A DNA stretch of 64,000 bases from Escherichia coli (GCF_030013205.1 NZ_CP122648.1), one strand, 5' to 3'. Positions 42,631 through 55,501 are shown, numbered from the stretch's first letter. Notes: a model not told the origin generated them from the sequence alone. Numbers and translations: made by a program.

Positions 42631-43998
42631 TCATTCATCATCCTTGCGGTTGATAAGAATTTCTGCCTCTTTTACTACCACCTTATTACGCCCGGTCTCT
42701 TTCGCCTCGTATAGTGCGTTATCAGCCAGTCGATAGATCTCATTCGGGTTTAACGCATTTTCCTGAGTCACAACAGCGCCAATACTAATCGTCACTTTTT
42801 GTGGTATGGCGTATTCAGGATTATCACCAGTTAAACGCTCAACATTTTCCCGAATCCTTTCCGCTAAAGCTTTCGCACGTTCAGTATCGATGTCCGTCAG
42901 CAAGACGCCAAACTCTTCGCCGCCGACGCGCGCAAAAAGGTCATCTGGCCGTATGCTTTTCCCAATGATACTCACCACTGTTTTTATCACCTGATCGCCA
43001 ACCGGATGCCCCCAGGTGTCGTTGACTTTTTTGAAGTGGTCGATATCCATAATCATGACGCAATAAGGCGTTTTTTTGGCCGATGCTGATTGAACTGTCA
43101 GTTCATTAAAAAAATAATTTCTGTTAAATATATTGGTTAAGGAATCGCGATGTGCAATGTCCTTTGTTACTCGTAGCGCACTGAATATATGGCACATAAA
43201 TATTACCATAACGGTTAACTTACTGACTACTTCAATAGTGCGACTAATATACCAAATGGACACGCTATACCTGCTCATAAATAAAAGAGAGACATTGTAC
43301 AGTACGGCACAAAAAGCAATCACCGTCACTCCATTCCAGATATCACAGCGTAAACCATTAAAGTATAGATTAACTGAAAGCAAGGTTAACCACATGAAAA
43401 TCATTATGGTAACATATGATGTTTTCCAAACCACCTGATCATTTTCATTGGTTAACTCGGCAATGTGTAAATTGTAGCTCTCATAATGACTAGAAAGTAT
43501 GTGAGCAACTATCGGCCCCCCAACAACAAAAAACAAACTTATGCACAAAGTCATTTTTTTGGAAAATAAATTGCGCTGTTTTGTGTTTTCACTAACTTTA
43601 TTCACCAATGCCAGAAATATTAATATGCACAAACTCATCTGACGAAACAAATAATAGATTGCAATGTCATTTTGAACAACACTGCTTGTCAAACGCCCCT
43701 CAATAATTTGCTGAATGATAATGACGGTTTTAACAAAGTAAATCAAACAACTCAGAAAAGCCAAACTAAGTATACAGTTTGAAAATTGCCTACGGTCATA
43801 AATGAAATACAACTGCATAAAAATAAATGCAACAGTATCGATAAAAAATAAAGCAATCATTACCATCAGATAGGTTGATCGTGGAACAACTTCCTCAACG
43901 CCTGGCTGATTAAAGCAACTATTCACCAAAACCAAAGCAAGCCCAAACAATAAGCTCACTAATACAGTACTACTAATTCTCAAATAGTCTTTTTCCAT
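42631..43998 (-). CDS. dgcT: Diguanylate cyclase DgcT (YcdT), membrane-anchored GGDEF protein
   Basis: Multiple TM segments then GGDEF domain (RVGGEEFGVLL); start placed at MEKDYLRISS. Confidence 0.85.
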   Translation of the reverse strand: MEKDYLRISSTVLVSLLFGLALVLVNSCFNQPGVEEVVPRSTYLMVMIALFFIDTVAFIFMQLYFIYDRRQFSNCILSLAFLSCLIYFVKTVIIIQQIIEGRLTSSVVQNDIAIYYLFRQMSLCILIFLALVNKVSENTKQRNLFSKKMTLCISLFFVVGGPIVAHILSSHYESYNLHIAELTNENDQVVWKTSYVTIMIFMWLTLLSVNLYFNGLRCDIWNGVTVIAFCAVLYNVSLLFMSRYSVSIWYISRTIEVVSKLTVMVIFMCHIFSALRVTKDIAHRDSLTNIFNRNYFFNELTVQSASAKKTPYCVMIMDIDHFKKVNDTWGHPVGDQVIKTVVSIIGKSIRPDDLFARVGGEEFGVLLTDIDTERAKALAERIRENVERLTGDNPEYAIPQKVTISIGAVVTQENALNPNEIYRLADNALYEAKETGRNKVVVKEAEILINRKDDE

Positions 43999-44588
43999 AA
44001 AGCTACACCAATCTGTAGGTTGTAGATCCCTTTCTATTATTAATAGATATAAGAACTGTACTGTTGTCAATATGAAATTCCGCCCACAAACAATACCGAT
44101 GATGATAGTTGCATACCGCAATTATTATTACCTTAGTGCTTTATACATTCTTCGCGACAAGACAGGCTTGCAAATACATATAAATGGTTATAAGGAAATC
44201 CTTATAAAACATTAATTCATAGATATATTAGGAATAACAATTGAATCCGTGAGTACAGTAACGCTGCACTTCATCAGGACTTTCGAAAAATCCGATATCA
44301 TGCATCGGAATTTACTGATTTAATTATTTTAATCCTAATTTATTTTGAAAAAGGCATTGGGATTTATGCCGTATTCCTGAAGTTCCTCATCATTGGAATG
44401 GATTTTCAGGCGAGAAAAGGATTTTATATGGATACTCTACTCATCATTTCTTCTTCTCATCATCAACAATTCACGTCTCTCTTCCGCGTTTAATAACGGA
44501 TTATGATGTGCAAAAAAAATATCTTTCGTTTCAGTTACCTGTAATTAGATACAGAGAGAGATTTTGGCAATACATGGAGTAATACAGG

Positions 44589-47012
44589 ATGTATTCAAGT
44601 AGCAGAAAAAGGTGCCCGAAAACCAAATGGGCTTTGAAAATTCTTACTGCCGCATTTTTAGCAGCGAGTCCCGCGGCGAAGAGTGCTGCTAATAATGCCT
44701 ATGATGCATTGATTATCGAAGCTCGCAAGGGAAATACTCAGCCAGCTTTGTTATGGTTTGCACAAAAATCAGCACTCAGTAATAACCAAATTGCTGACTG
44801 GTTACAGATTGCCTTATGGGCCGGGCAAGATAAACAGGTTATTACCGTTTACAACCGCTACCGTCATCAGCAATTACCAGCGCGTGGTTATGCAGCTGTC
44901 GCCGTCGCTTATCGTAACCTGCAACAATGGCAAAACTCGCTTACACTGTGGCAAAAGGCACTCTCTCTGGAGTCGCAAAATAAGGATTATCAACGGGGAC
45001 AAATTTTAACCCTGGCAGATGCGGGTCACTATGATTCTGCGCTGGTTAAACTTAAGCAGCTTAACTCTGGAGCACCGGACAAAGCTAATTTACTCGCAGA
45101 AGCCTATATCTATAAACTGGCGGGGCGGCATGAGGATGAATTACGGGCGATGACAGGGTCATTACCTGAAAATGCCTTAACGCAACAATATCCCACAGAA
45201 TACGTGCAGGCATTACGGAATAATCAACTTGCTGCCGCGATTGACGATGCCAATTTAACGCCAGATATTCGCGCTGATATTCATGCCGAACTGGTCAGAC
45301 TGTCGTTTATGCCTACGCGCAGTGAAAGTGAACGTTATGCCATTGCCGATCGCGCCCTCGCCCAATACGCTGCATTAGAAATTCTGTGGCATGATAACCC
45401 TGACCGCACTGCCCAGTACCAGCGTATTCAGGTTGATCATCTTGGCGCGTTATTAACTCGCGATCGTTATAAAGACGTTATTTCTCACTATCAGCGTTTA
45501 AAAAAGACGGGGCAAATTATTCCGCCCTGGGCGCAATATTGGGTTGCGTCGGCTTATCTCAAAGAACATCAGCCAAAAAAAGCACAGTCAATAATGACAG
45601 AGCTCTTTTATCACAAGGAGACCATTGCCCCGGATTTATCCGATGAAGAACTTGCGGATCTCTTTTACAGCCACCTGGAGAGTGAAAATTATCCCGGCGC
45701 GCTAACTGTCACCCAACATACCATTAATACTTCGCCGCCTTTCCTTCGGTTAATGGGCACGCCTACGAGCATCCCGAATGATACCTGGTTACAGGGGCAT
45801 TCGTTTCTCTCAACCGTAGCTAAATATAGTAATGATCTTCCTCAGGCTGAAATGACAGCCAGAGAGCTTGCTTATAACGCACCAGGAAATCAGGGACTGC
45901 GCATTGATTACGCGAGTGTGTTACAAGCCCGCGGTTGGCCTCGTGCGGCAGAAAATGAATTAAAAAAAGCAGAAGTGATCGAGCCACGTAATATTAATCT
46001 GGAGGTTGAACAAGCCTGGACAGCATTAACGTTACAAGAATGGCAGCAGGCAGCGGTCTTAACGCACGATGTTGTCGAACGTGAACCGCAAGATCCCGGC
46101 GTTGTACGTTTAAAACGTGCGGTTGATGTACATAATCTTGCAGAGCTTCGTATCGCTGGCTCAACAGGAATTGATGCCGAAGGTCCGGATAGTGGCAAAC
46201 ATGATGTCGACTTAACCACCATCGTTTATTCACCACCGCTGAATGATAACTGGCGCGGTTTTGCTGGATTCGGTTATGCCGATGGACAATTTAGCGAAGG
46301 AAAAGGGATTATTCGCGACTGGCTTGCGGGTGTTGAGTGGCGGTCACGTAATATCTGGCTTGAGGCGGAGTACACCGAACGCTTTTTCAATCATGAGCAT
46401 AAACCCGGCGCGCGCCTGTCTGGCTGGTATGATTTTAATGATAACTGGCGTATTGGTTCGCAACTGGAACGCCTCTCTCACCGCGTTCCATTACGGGCAA
46501 TGAAAAATGGTGTTACAGGCAACAGTGCACAGGCTTATGTTCGCTGGTATCAAAATGAGCGGCGTAAGTACGGTGTCTCTTGGGCTTTCACTGATTTTTC
46601 TGACAGTAATCAGCGTCATGAAGTCTCACTTGAGGGTCAGGAACGCATCTGGTCTTCACCATATTTGATTGTCGATTTCCTCCCCAATCTGTATTACGAA
46701 CAAAATACAGAACACGACACCCCATACTACAACCCTGTAAAAATGTTCGATATTGTTCCGGCATTTGAGGCAAGTCATTTGTTATGGCGAAGCTATGAAA
46801 ATAGCTGGGAGCAAATATTCAGCGCAGGTGTTGGTGCCTCCTGGCAAAAACATTATGGCACGGATGTCGTCACCCAACTCGGCTACGGGCAACGCATTAG
46901 CTGGAATGACGTGATTGATGCTGGCGCAACGCTACGCTGGGAAAAACGACCTTATGACGGTGACAGAGAACACAACTTATACGTTGAATTCGATATGACA
47001 TTCAGATTTTAA
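44589..47012 (+). CDS. pgaA: PGA export outer-membrane porin PgaA (TPR + beta-barrel)
   Basis: 807-aa ORF, first gene of pgaABCD. Confidence 0.9.
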   Translation: MYSSSRKRCPKTKWALKILTAAFLAASPAAKSAANNAYDALIIEARKGNTQPALLWFAQKSALSNNQIADWLQIALWAGQDKQVITVYNRYRHQQLPARGYAAVAVAYRNLQQWQNSLTLWQKALSLESQNKDYQRGQILTLADAGHYDSALVKLKQLNSGAPDKANLLAEAYIYKLAGRHEDELRAMTGSLPENALTQQYPTEYVQALRNNQLAAAIDDANLTPDIRADIHAELVRLSFMPTRSESERYAIADRALAQYAALEILWHDNPDRTAQYQRIQVDHLGALLTRDRYKDVISHYQRLKKTGQIIPPWAQYWVASAYLKEHQPKKAQSIMTELFYHKETIAPDLSDEELADLFYSHLESENYPGALTVTQHTINTSPPFLRLMGTPTSIPNDTWLQGHSFLSTVAKYSNDLPQAEMTARELAYNAPGNQGLRIDYASVLQARGWPRAAENELKKAEVIEPRNINLEVEQAWTALTLQEWQQAAVLTHDVVEREPQDPGVVRLKRAVDVHNLAELRIAGSTGIDAEGPDSGKHDVDLTTIVYSPPLNDNWRGFAGFGYADGQFSEGKGIIRDWLAGVEWRSRNIWLEAEYTERFFNHEHKPGARLSGWYDFNDNWRIGSQLERLSHRVPLRAMKNGVTGNSAQAYVRWYQNERRKYGVSWAFTDFSDSNQRHEVSLEGQERIWSSPYLIVDFLPNLYYEQNTEHDTPYYNPVKMFDIVPAFEASHLLWRSYENSWEQIFSAGVGASWQKHYGTDVVTQLGYGQRISWNDVIDAGATLRWEKRPYDGDREHNLYVEFDMTFRF

Positions 47013-47020
47013 GGATAAAT

Positions 47021-49039
47021 ATGTTACGTAATGGAAATAAATATCTCCTGATGCTGGTGAGTATAATTATGCTCACTGCGTGCATTAGCCAGTCAAGAAC
47101 ATCATTTATACCGCCACAGGATCGCGAATCTTTACTCGCCGAGCAACCGTGGCCGCATAATGGTTTTGTGGCGATTTCATGGCATAACGTTGAAGACGAA
47201 GCTGCCAACCAGCGTTTTATGTCAGTGCGGACATCAGCACTGCGTGAACAATTTGCCTGGCTGCGCGAGAACGGTTATCAACCGGTCAGTATTGCTCAAA
47301 TTCGTGAAGCACATCGAGGAGGAAAACCGCTACCGGAAAAAGCAGTAGTGCTGACTTTTGATGACGGCTACCAGAGTTTTTATACCCGCGTCTTCCCAAT
47401 TCTTCAGGCCTTCCAGTGGCCTGCTGTATGGGCCCCCGTCGGCAGTTGGGTCGATACGCCAGCGGATGAACAAGTAAAATTTGGCGATGAGATGGTCGAT
47501 CGAGAATATTTTGCCACGTGGCAACAAGTGCGAGAAGTTGCGCGTTCCCGGCTCGTTGAGGTCGCTTCTCATACATGGAATTCTCACTACGGTATTCAGG
47601 CTAATGCCACCGGCAGCTTATTGCCTGTATATGTAAATCGTGCATATTTTACTGACCACGCACGGTATGAAACCGCAGCAGAATACCGGGAAAGAATTCG
47701 TCTGGATGCTGTAAAAATGACGGAATACCTGCGTACAAAGGCTAAGGTAAATCCACACGTTTTTGTTTGGCCTTATGGCGAAGCGAATGGCATAGCGATA
47801 GAGGAATTAAAAAAACTCGGTTATGACATGTTCTTCACCCTTGAATCAGGTTTGGCAAATGCGTCACAATTGGATTCCATTCCGCGAGTATTAATCGCCA
47901 ATAATCCCTCATTAAAAGAGTTTGCCCAGCAAATTATTACCGTACAGGAAAAATCACCACAACGGATAATGCATATCGATCTTGATTACGTTTATGACGA
48001 AAACCGCCAGCAAATGGATCGCAATATTGATGTGCTAATTCAGCGGGTGAAAGATATGCAAATATCAACCGTGTATTTGCAGGCATTTGCTGATCCCGAT
48101 GGTGATGGGCTGGTCAAAGAGGTCTGGTTTCCAAATCGTTTGCTACCAATGAAAGCAGATATTTTTAGTCGGGTTGCCTGGCAATTACGTACCCGCTCAG
48201 GTGTAAACATCTATGCGTGGATGCCGGTATTAAGCTGGGATTTAGATCCCACATTAACGCGAGTAAAATACTTACCGACTGGGGAGAAAAAAGCACAAAT
48301 TCATCCTGAACAATATCGCCGTCTCTCTCCTTTCGATGACAGAGTCAGAGCACAAGTTGGCATGTTATATGAAGATCTTGCCGGACATGCTGCTTTTGAT
48401 GGCATATTGTTCCACGATGATGCTTTGCTTTCAGATTATGAAGATGCCAGTGCACCGGCTATCACGGCTTATCAGCAAGCAGGCTTTAGCGGGAGTCTGA
48501 GCGAAATTCGACAAAACCCGGAGCAATTTAAACAGTGGACCCGCTTTAAAAGTCGTGCGTTAACTGACTTCACTTTAGAACTTAGTGCGCGCGTAAAAGC
48601 CATTCGCGGTCCACATGTTAAAACTGCACGAAATATTTTTGCACTTCCGGTAATACAACCTGAAAGTGAAGCCTGGTTTGCACAGAATTATGCTGATTTC
48701 CTAAAAAGCTATGACTGGACCGCTATTATGGCTATGCCTTATATGGAAGGTGTCGCAGAAAAATCGGCTGACCAATGGTTAATACAATTGACCAATCAAA
48801 TTAAAAACATCCCTCAGGCTAAAGACAAATCTATTTTAGAATTACAGGCACAAAACTGGCAGAAAAATGGTCAGCATCAGGCTATTTCTTCGCAACAACT
48901 CGCTCACTGGATGAGCCTATTACAACTGAATGGAGGGAAAAACTATGGTTATTATCCCGACAATTTTCTGCATAACCAACCTGAAATAGACGTTATTCGT
49001 CCTGAGTTTTCAACAGCCTGGTATCCGAAAAATGATTAA
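47021..49039 (+). CDS. pgaB: Poly-beta-1,6-N-acetylglucosamine N-deacetylase lipoprotein PgaB
   Basis: 672-aa ORF with lipobox (LTAC). Confidence 0.9.
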   Translation: MLRNGNKYLLMLVSIIMLTACISQSRTSFIPPQDRESLLAEQPWPHNGFVAISWHNVEDEAANQRFMSVRTSALREQFAWLRENGYQPVSIAQIREAHRGGKPLPEKAVVLTFDDGYQSFYTRVFPILQAFQWPAVWAPVGSWVDTPADEQVKFGDEMVDREYFATWQQVREVARSRLVEVASHTWNSHYGIQANATGSLLPVYVNRAYFTDHARYETAAEYRERIRLDAVKMTEYLRTKAKVNPHVFVWPYGEANGIAIEELKKLGYDMFFTLESGLANASQLDSIPRVLIANNPSLKEFAQQIITVQEKSPQRIMHIDLDYVYDENRQQMDRNIDVLIQRVKDMQISTVYLQAFADPDGDGLVKEVWFPNRLLPMKADIFSRVAWQLRTRSGVNIYAWMPVLSWDLDPTLTRVKYLPTGEKKAQIHPEQYRRLSPFDDRVRAQVGMLYEDLAGHAAFDGILFHDDALLSDYEDASAPAITAYQQAGFSGSLSEIRQNPEQFKQWTRFKSRALTDFTLELSARVKAIRGPHVKTARNIFALPVIQPESEAWFAQNYADFLKSYDWTAIMAMPYMEGVAEKSADQWLIQLTNQIKNIPQAKDKSILELQAQNWQKNGQHQAISSQQLAHWMSLLQLNGGKNYGYYPDNFLHNQPEIDVIRPEFSTAWYPKND

Positions 49040-50357
49040 TCGCATCGTATCGTTTTTTATATTATGTCTGGTGTTATGCATCCCCCTATGCGTAGCGTAC
49101 TTTCACTCTGGTGAACTGATGATGAGGTTCGTTTTCTTCTGGCCGTTTTTTATGTCTATTATGTGGATTGTTGGCGGCGTCTATTTCTGGGTCTATCGTG
49201 AACGCCACTGGCCGTGGGGAGAAAACGCACCAGCCCCCCAGTTGAAAGATAATCCGTCTATCTCCATTATCATTCCCTGTTTTAATGAGGAGAAAAACGT
49301 TGAGGAAACCATACACGCCGCTTTAGCACAGCGTTATGAGAACATTGAAGTTATTGCCGTAAATGACGGTTCAACAGACAAAACCCGTGCCATCCTGGAT
49401 CGCATGGCTGCACAAATTCCCCACCTGCGGGTCATTCATCTGGCGCAAAACCAGGGGAAAGCCATTGCGCTTAAAACCGGAGCTGCCGCGGCGAAAAGTG
49501 AATATCTGGTGTGCATTGATGGCGATGCGTTATTAGACCGCGATGCGGCGGCATATATTGTGGAACCGATGTTGTACAACCCGCGTGTGGGTGCCGTAAC
49601 CGGCAATCCTCGTATTCGAACACGTTCTACCCTGGTGGGTAAAATTCAGGTTGGCGAGTATTCCTCAATTATTGGTTTGATCAAGCGAACCCAGCGTATC
49701 TATGGAAACGTATTTACCGTTTCCGGTGTTATTGCCGCATTTCGTCGCAGCGCCCTGGCAGAAGTGGGTTACTGGAGTGACGATATGATCACCGAAGATA
49801 TTGATATTAGCTGGAAGCTGCAGTTGAATCAGTGGGCGATTTTTTACGAGCCACGGGCGCTGTGCTGGATATTAATGCCTGAAACGTTAAAAGGGCTGTG
49901 GAAACAGCGCCTGCGCTGGGCTCAGGGCGGTGCAGAAGTATTCCTCAAAAATATGACAAGGTTGTGGCGCAAAGAAAACTTTCGAATGTGGCCGCTGTTT
50001 TTTGAATACTGCCTGACGACAATATGGGCCTTCACTTGCCTAGTCGGTTTCATTATTTACGCAGTCCAACTTGCCGGTGTACCGTTAAATATTGAATTGA
50101 CACATATCGCTGCGACACATACTGCCGGAATATTATTGTGTACGTTATGTTTACTGCAATTTATTGTCAGCCTGATGATCGAGAATCGCTATGAGCATAA
50201 TCTGACTTCATCGCTTTTCTGGATTATTTGGTTCCCGGTTATTTTCTGGATGCTGAGTCTGGCAACGACATTGGTATCATTTACACGAGTCATGTTGATG
50301 CCTAAAAAGCAACGCGCCCGTTGGGTAAGTCCCGATCGCGGGATTCTGAGAGGTTAA
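49032..50357 (+). CDS. pgaC: PGA synthase glycosyltransferase PgaC (GT2 family)
   Basis: 441-aa membrane GT2 ORF with QRLRW-type motif (QRLRWAQG). Confidence 0.9.
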   Translation: MINRIVSFFILCLVLCIPLCVAYFHSGELMMRFVFFWPFFMSIMWIVGGVYFWVYRERHWPWGENAPAPQLKDNPSISIIIPCFNEEKNVEETIHAALAQRYENIEVIAVNDGSTDKTRAILDRMAAQIPHLRVIHLAQNQGKAIALKTGAAAAKSEYLVCIDGDALLDRDAAAYIVEPMLYNPRVGAVTGNPRIRTRSTLVGKIQVGEYSSIIGLIKRTQRIYGNVFTVSGVIAAFRRSALAEVGYWSDDMITEDIDISWKLQLNQWAIFYEPRALCWILMPETLKGLWKQRLRWAQGGAEVFLKNMTRLWRKENFRMWPLFFEYCLTTIWAFTCLVGFIIYAVQLAGVPLNIELTHIAATHTAGILLCTLCLLQFIVSLMIENRYEHNLTSSLFWIIWFPVIFWMLSLATTLVSFTRVMLMPKKQRARWVSPDRGILRG

Positions 50358-50358
50358 T

Positions 50359-50772
50359 ATGAACAATTTAATTATTACGACCCGACAATCGCCAGTACGT
50401 TTAATGGTTGATTATGTTGCCACAACCATCTTATGGACATTATTTGCTTTGTTCATATTCTTATTCGCAATGGATCTGCTGACGGGTTATTACTGGCAAA
50501 GCGAGGCCAGAAGCCGACTTCAGTTCTATTTTTTGCTGGCAGTGGCGAATGCCGTCGTGTTAATTGTCTGGGCGCTGTACAATAAGCTACGTTTTCAAAA
50601 ACAGCAGCATCATGCAGCCTACCAATATACGCCGCAAGAATATGCTGAGAGCTTAGCAATACCTGATGAGCTCTATCAGCAACTACAAAAAAGCCACAGG
50701 ATGAGCGTACACTTCACCAGCCAGGGGCAAATAAAAATGGTGGTTTCAGAAAAAGCGCTAGTCCGGGCGTAA
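50359..50772 (+). CDS. pgaD: PGA synthase accessory protein PgaD
   Basis: 137-aa membrane ORF following pgaC. Confidence 0.85.
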   Translation: MNNLIITTRQSPVRLMVDYVATTILWTLFALFIFLFAMDLLTGYYWQSEARSRLQFYFLLAVANAVVLIVWALYNKLRFQKQQHHAAYQYTPQEYAESLAIPDELYQQLQKSHRMSVHFTSQGQIKMVVSEKALVRA

Positions 50773-50821
50773 ACACCCAAAACAAAGCCCGGTTCGCCCG
50801 GGCTCTGCGCCGATAATACAC

Positions 50822-51886
50822 TTAACTGTATGCATGTAGCGTACGTTGGCAAAGTGCCGAACGTACGCAATCCTCTTTACCGAATCGGACGATCCCGACC
50901 ATTTCATCTTCTTCGAAACGTTCCAGCGCGTCACTTAATCCGGAGCGCACGCCGCGAGGCAAATCGCATTGCGTGATATCACCGTTGACGATAACCGTCA
51001 CGTTCTCCCCGAGGCGGGTTAAAAACATTTTCATTTGCGCGGCAGTCACATTCTGCGCCTCGTCAAGAATGACGACTGCATTTTCAAAGGTACGTCCACG
51101 CATATAGGCGAACGGCGCAATTTCCACCTTCCCTATTTCCGGTCGCAGGCAGTACTGCATAAAGGAAGCCCCTAAGCGCCGGACCAGCACGTCGTAAACC
51201 GGGCGAAAATAGGGAGCAAACTTTTCTGCGATATCTCCAGGTAAGAAGCCAAGATCTTCATCGGCTTGCAGAACTGGACGGGTGACGATAATCCTGTCGA
51301 CATCCTTATGTATCAGGGCCTCTGCTGCTTTTGCTGCGCTGATCCAGGTTTTTCCGCACCCGGCTTCGCCCGTGGCGAATATCAGCTGCTTACTCTCAAT
51401 AGCCTTCAGATAGTGCAATTGCGCTTCATTTCGCGCGAGGATGGGCGAGGTATCGCGACTGTCGCGGGCCATACCAATGGCTTCTACGCCGCTCATCTGC
51501 ACAAGCGAGGTGACCGATTCTTCTTCACGCTGCTTATGGCTGCGCGAATCCCGTCTCAGCACACGTTTTGCCTCGCGACGAGCTTTGATCACTGCTTTTT
51601 GTCTTCCCATGGAGAGCACCTTGAGTTGTTTGTATTCATCACACGCGCCGTTGGCAGCGCGATTATGCGCACGAACATCAGAGGGTTGGCTTCCTTGTAA
51701 GCCATAGTTTGCTTTTGGATAAAATGCCGAAAAACGGCTACGCGCACCGTTTACGGCGTCGGTAACACATGAAAAGAAAGGATGAGGTTGAAAATACAAA
51801 GTGACGAGATGACTACCGGAGGAGAAATCTCCGCGAGTGGTGGCGCGCTGATTATCTAAAACATGTCCAGTACAGGACGTTACCAT
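50822..51886 (-). CDS. phoH: PhoH ATPase (phosphate-starvation inducible)
   Basis: 354-aa ORF with P-loop GEAGCGKT. Confidence 0.9.
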   Translation of the reverse strand: MVTSCTGHVLDNQRATTRGDFSSGSHLVTLYFQPHPFFSCVTDAVNGARSRFSAFYPKANYGLQGSQPSDVRAHNRAANGACDEYKQLKVLSMGRQKAVIKARREAKRVLRRDSRSHKQREEESVTSLVQMSGVEAIGMARDSRDTSPILARNEAQLHYLKAIESKQLIFATGEAGCGKTWISAAKAAEALIHKDVDRIIVTRPVLQADEDLGFLPGDIAEKFAPYFRPVYDVLVRRLGASFMQYCLRPEIGKVEIAPFAYMRGRTFENAVVILDEAQNVTAAQMKMFLTRLGENVTVIVNGDITQCDLPRGVRSGLSDALERFEEDEMVGIVRFGKEDCVRSALCQRTLHAYS

Positions 51887-52034
51887 CCGCGATCTCCATA
51901 GTGACTGACTATCACTGCCGGGAACTTCCGCTGCTACTTAATAATTACAACAGAACTCGCATTCATTGCAACAATATATTCACTTATACTTAACGATAAA
52001 CACCCATTTCGGTGACATTAGTTTCTACTGGAAA

Positions 52035-52056
52035 GATGACAGAGTGATGACAGAGA
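52035..52056 (-). promoter_or_regulatory. Pho box upstream of phoH (CTGTCATCACTCTGTCATC)
   Basis: Two CTGTCAT direct repeats 4 bp apart on the phoH strand. Confidence 0.65.
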
Positions 52057-52096
52057 TGAAAAAAGCTGTGTGCTTTCAGCAGGATTCGCAGTACTG

Positions 52097-52150
52097 GTAA
52101 AAGCTTGCCGGATGCGGCGTGAACGCCTTACCCGACCTACAAGTGATTAA
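52097..52150. repeat. REP-type extragenic palindromic element
   Basis: gccggatgcggcgtgaacgccttacccgacctac, the typical E. coli REP motif. Confidence 0.6.
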
Positions 52151-52208
52151 TAATTTGTGCACCAAACTCATGCCCGATAAACCTGCGCATCGGGCATATT
52201 TGCGTCGT

Positions 52209-53480
52209 TCAAACCTGTAATAGCGCCCTTCCCAGATAATCGTTCGCGTCCTTCACCCCCGGCAGCGCAAAGAAATAGCCTCCACCGATAGGTTTGACAT
52301 ATTCCTCCAGCGCTTCGCCATTGAGCCTTTTTTGTACTGTCAGGAAGCCTTTTTCCAGATCGTGTTGGTAACAGACAAACAATAGCCCCATATCCAGTTG
52401 TCCGGAGTTGGTGACGCCCAACGAATAACTGTAGCCACGACGCAGCATCAGGCTGGACTCACTCTCTGGCGTGCGGGGATTCGCCAGCCGGATATGGCTG
52501 TCCAGCGCAATCACCTTCCCCTCCGGATCGCTGGCGTAATCGGGAACATCATGCTCATGCTGCATTCCCAGCGGCGCACCGGTTTGTTTGTCGCGACCAA
52601 AAATCGTCTGCTGTTCTTTCAGTGGCGTTCTGTCCCAAAACTCCACCCGAAACTGAATCAACCGCACCGCCTGGTAGCTGCCGCCGATTGTCCACGCAGG
52701 CTCCTGCTGATCTGCCGTCACCCACACCACTTGTTGCATCAACTTATCATTCTGGCTATCGGGATTGGCAGTGCCGTCTTTGAAACCCAGCAAATTTATC
52801 GGCGTCTCTTTGCCTTTACTACGCGCCGCGTGATCGGAAATAAACCCTTCCCGCTTCCAGCGCACACTGAGCAAATCCGGCGTGTGTTTGATGATATCGC
52901 GCAGCGCATGGATCACCGTATCCTGGGTGTTGGCGCAAATTTGTAGCAACACATCACCATGACATAACGCTGCATCAAGCGAGTCATTGGGGAAACGCGT
53001 CATCTTCTGCAGCTTTTTCGGCATCTGCGACGCAAGGCCAAACCGCTCATCAAACAATGAGTGACCCACCGATAACGTGATGGTGAGATTATCGGGCGCA
53101 ATGTAGCCGCCAAGAATGCCGGAATCGAGTGGTGGCAGGCGCGGATTTGGCGTTTCTGGTGCTGCTCCGCCCTGAGTCAGAAAAGCAAAACGCTGAGTCA
53201 ACAAGCGAAACAACCGCTCAAGATCGGGTTTATCGCTGGCAAGCACATCAAACGCCACCAGCATCATTGCGGCCTGTTGTGGCGTCAGAATCCCTGCCTG
53301 ATGCTCACCATAAAACGGCTGTTTCTCATTGCGTGCATCCGGTGAAAGCGTGCCCGGTGCACTTTGCGTTTTTTGTGCATGAACGACCGGACAACTTCCC
53401 GCCAGCGCCAGCGCACCAATCCCTTTCAGTAAACGTCGGCGTGACGGTTCATTCACGCCGTTTTCATCTTCATACTGCAT
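52209..53480 (-). CDS. efeB: Dye-decolorizing peroxidase EfeB (Tat-secreted)
   Basis: 423-aa ORF with twin-arginine signal (SRRRLL). Confidence 0.9.
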   Translation of the reverse strand: MQYEDENGVNEPSRRRLLKGIGALALAGSCPVVHAQKTQSAPGTLSPDARNEKQPFYGEHQAGILTPQQAAMMLVAFDVLASDKPDLERLFRLLTQRFAFLTQGGAAPETPNPRLPPLDSGILGGYIAPDNLTITLSVGHSLFDERFGLASQMPKKLQKMTRFPNDSLDAALCHGDVLLQICANTQDTVIHALRDIIKHTPDLLSVRWKREGFISDHAARSKGKETPINLLGFKDGTANPDSQNDKLMQQVVWVTADQQEPAWTIGGSYQAVRLIQFRVEFWDRTPLKEQQTIFGRDKQTGAPLGMQHEHDVPDYASDPEGKVIALDSHIRLANPRTPESESSLMLRRGYSYSLGVTNSGQLDMGLLFVCYQHDLEKGFLTVQKRLNGEALEEYVKPIGGGYFFALPGVKDANDYLGRALLQV

Positions 53481-53485
53481 AACGC

Positions 53486-54613
53486 TTAATCCAGCCCCAG
53501 CACACCGCGAATTTGCGCCAGATCTTCCGCCAGCGCAGTAATCGGCCCTTTCAGCGCATTACGGTCAGCATCGGTCAATTTGTCGTAGGTTTCAAAACCG
53601 TCTTTAGTACGGTATTTCGCCAGAATGGTATCGACCTTTTTGAAATTGGCATCGACTTTTGCCAGCAGTTCCGGGTTGGCCTTTTGCAGTTGTGGACGCA
53701 GCAGATCGACAATTTTCTGCGAGCCTTCAACGTTAGCCTGGAAATCCCACAGATCGGTGTGGCTGTAGCGATCTTCTTCACCGCTGATTTTGCTGGCTGC
53801 CACTTCCTCAATCAGTCCGGCTGCACCGCCGACCACTTTTGAAGGTGGGAAAGCCAGTTCACTGATGCGTTTTTGCAAATCGACCACATCGGTATAAAGC
53901 TGGTCAGCGTACTTATCCATCCCTTTAGTGGTGTTATCGCCAAACAATGCTTTTTCCAGACGGTGGAAACCGGTGAATTTTGGATCGGCGGCTTTTTGCT
54001 CGTAATCATCTTCACGGGCGTCAATGCTACCATCCAGATCGGAGAACAGTTCAGCAATCGGTTCAATGCGCTCATAGTGCTGGCGCGTCGGCGCATACAG
54101 TGCTTTTGCTTTTTCGATATCGCCTGCTTTAATAGCGTCGGTAAAGGCTTTGGTGTCGGTCACCAGCTGCGTGGTTTCCGCCATGACATACGCTTTATAT
54201 GCAGTAATTGCACCACCAAGACTTAACAGCGCATCACTTTGCGCCGCATCCGCCGTTGCCTCACCTTTGACGATCAACTTCCCTTTCGGGTTAGTCAGCA
54301 GACCGCAGGTCATATCGTATTCGCCAGGCTGTAAATTCGCCGTCATTTTCTGGCTAAAGCCAGGGGCGATATTTTCCCGCTCTTCCACCACCATCACGCC
54401 TTTGAGGATCTCCCACTCCAGCGCCTTCTGGCTGTGGTTCTGAATAATGAACTGTGTTTTCCCGGCGTTAACCGTAATGGTCATCGGTTCGCACTGCTTA
54501 TCCGTCACGGTCACTTTGACCTGCGGCACATCAGCGGCGTTAGCCATAAAAGCAGAAGAAAACAGCGCAGCCACGCTCAACTGCAATGCGTTACGGCGGA
54601 AGTTAATGGTCAT
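53486..54613 (-). CDS. efeO: Ferrous iron transport periplasmic protein EfeO
   Basis: 375-aa ORF with signal peptide, between efeU and efeB. Confidence 0.9.
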   Translation of the reverse strand: MTINFRRNALQLSVAALFSSAFMANAADVPQVKVTVTDKQCEPMTITVNAGKTQFIIQNHSQKALEWEILKGVMVVEERENIAPGFSQKMTANLQPGEYDMTCGLLTNPKGKLIVKGEATADAAQSDALLSLGGAITAYKAYVMAETTQLVTDTKAFTDAIKAGDIEKAKALYAPTRQHYERIEPIAELFSDLDGSIDAREDDYEQKAADPKFTGFHRLEKALFGDNTTKGMDKYADQLYTDVVDLQKRISELAFPPSKVVGGAAGLIEEVAASKISGEEDRYSHTDLWDFQANVEGSQKIVDLLRPQLQKANPELLAKVDANFKKVDTILAKYRTKDGFETYDKLTDADRNALKGPITALAEDLAQIRGVLGLD

Positions 54614-54670
54614 GACGAGACTATCCCTTTAAAGTATGTTGTAACTAAGCAAGAGTTTGCGTCGTATTTG

Positions 54671-55501
54671 TTACGCGGAGCGAGACGCTGTCGCCCCTGC
54701 GTGTGGTGGCAGAGCAAATGCCACCAGCGCCGGGATGAGATAAATAAACCAGACGGCGACTTCGCTGACACTTGGCGCTTCCTGATAGCCAAAAATCCCT
54801 TCCATCAGCGTGCCAAACAGCGAGTGAGTTGAGAGCACCGCACTCATATCGAAGGCGATTTCCTGAAAGTGGTTCCACAATCCGGCTTCATGAAATGCGC
54901 GAATGGCACCAGCCGCCAGCCCTGCGGCGACGAAGAGAATAAACAGGCTGGTCCATTTAAAAAATGCACCAAGATTGAGGCGAATACCGCCCCAGTAGAG
55001 CAGGAAGCCGAGCACCACGGCTGTAGCAAGACCGAGCATTGCACCCAGCGGCGGCCAGATCCCGACATCTTGTTGAAATGCCGCCAGCAGGAAAAAGACC
55101 GACTCCAGCCCTTCCCTTGCAACGGCAAAAAAGACCATCATCACCAGCGCCCAGCCATGATGATTTCCACGCTGCAATGCGCTATCGACTGCCTGCTCCA
55201 GTTGTACTTTGACGTTGCGCGACACTTTGCGCATCCAGAAAACCATCCAGGTAAGGATCACCACGGCGATCACCGCCACGATACCTTCAAACAGTTCCTG
55301 TTCTTTTTGCGGAAATTCGCCGGTGGTTTCGTTAATGAAGATACCCAAGCCCAGGCACAACGCAGCGGCAAGCAACACGCCAATCCACATCACACCAATC
55401 CATCGGCCTCGTTGGGTACGCTTAAGATAGCTGGCAATCAAACTGACAATCAGCGCGGCTTCAAGTCCTTCGCGCAACATAATGAGAAATGGAACAAACA
55501 T
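54671..55501 (-). CDS. efeU: Ferrous iron permease EfeU (FTR1 family), apparently intact
   Basis: Continuous 276-codon frame from MFVPFLIMLREG with REGLE motifs. Confidence 0.85.
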   Translation of the reverse strand: MFVPFLIMLREGLEAALIVSLIASYLKRTQRGRWIGVMWIGVLLAAALCLGLGIFINETTGEFPQKEQELFEGIVAVIAVVILTWMVFWMRKVSRNVKVQLEQAVDSALQRGNHHGWALVMMVFFAVAREGLESVFFLLAAFQQDVGIWPPLGAMLGLATAVVLGFLLYWGGIRLNLGAFFKWTSLFILFVAAGLAAGAIRAFHEAGLWNHFQEIAFDMSAVLSTHSLFGTLMEGIFGYQEAPSVSEVAVWFIYLIPALVAFALPPHAGATASRSA

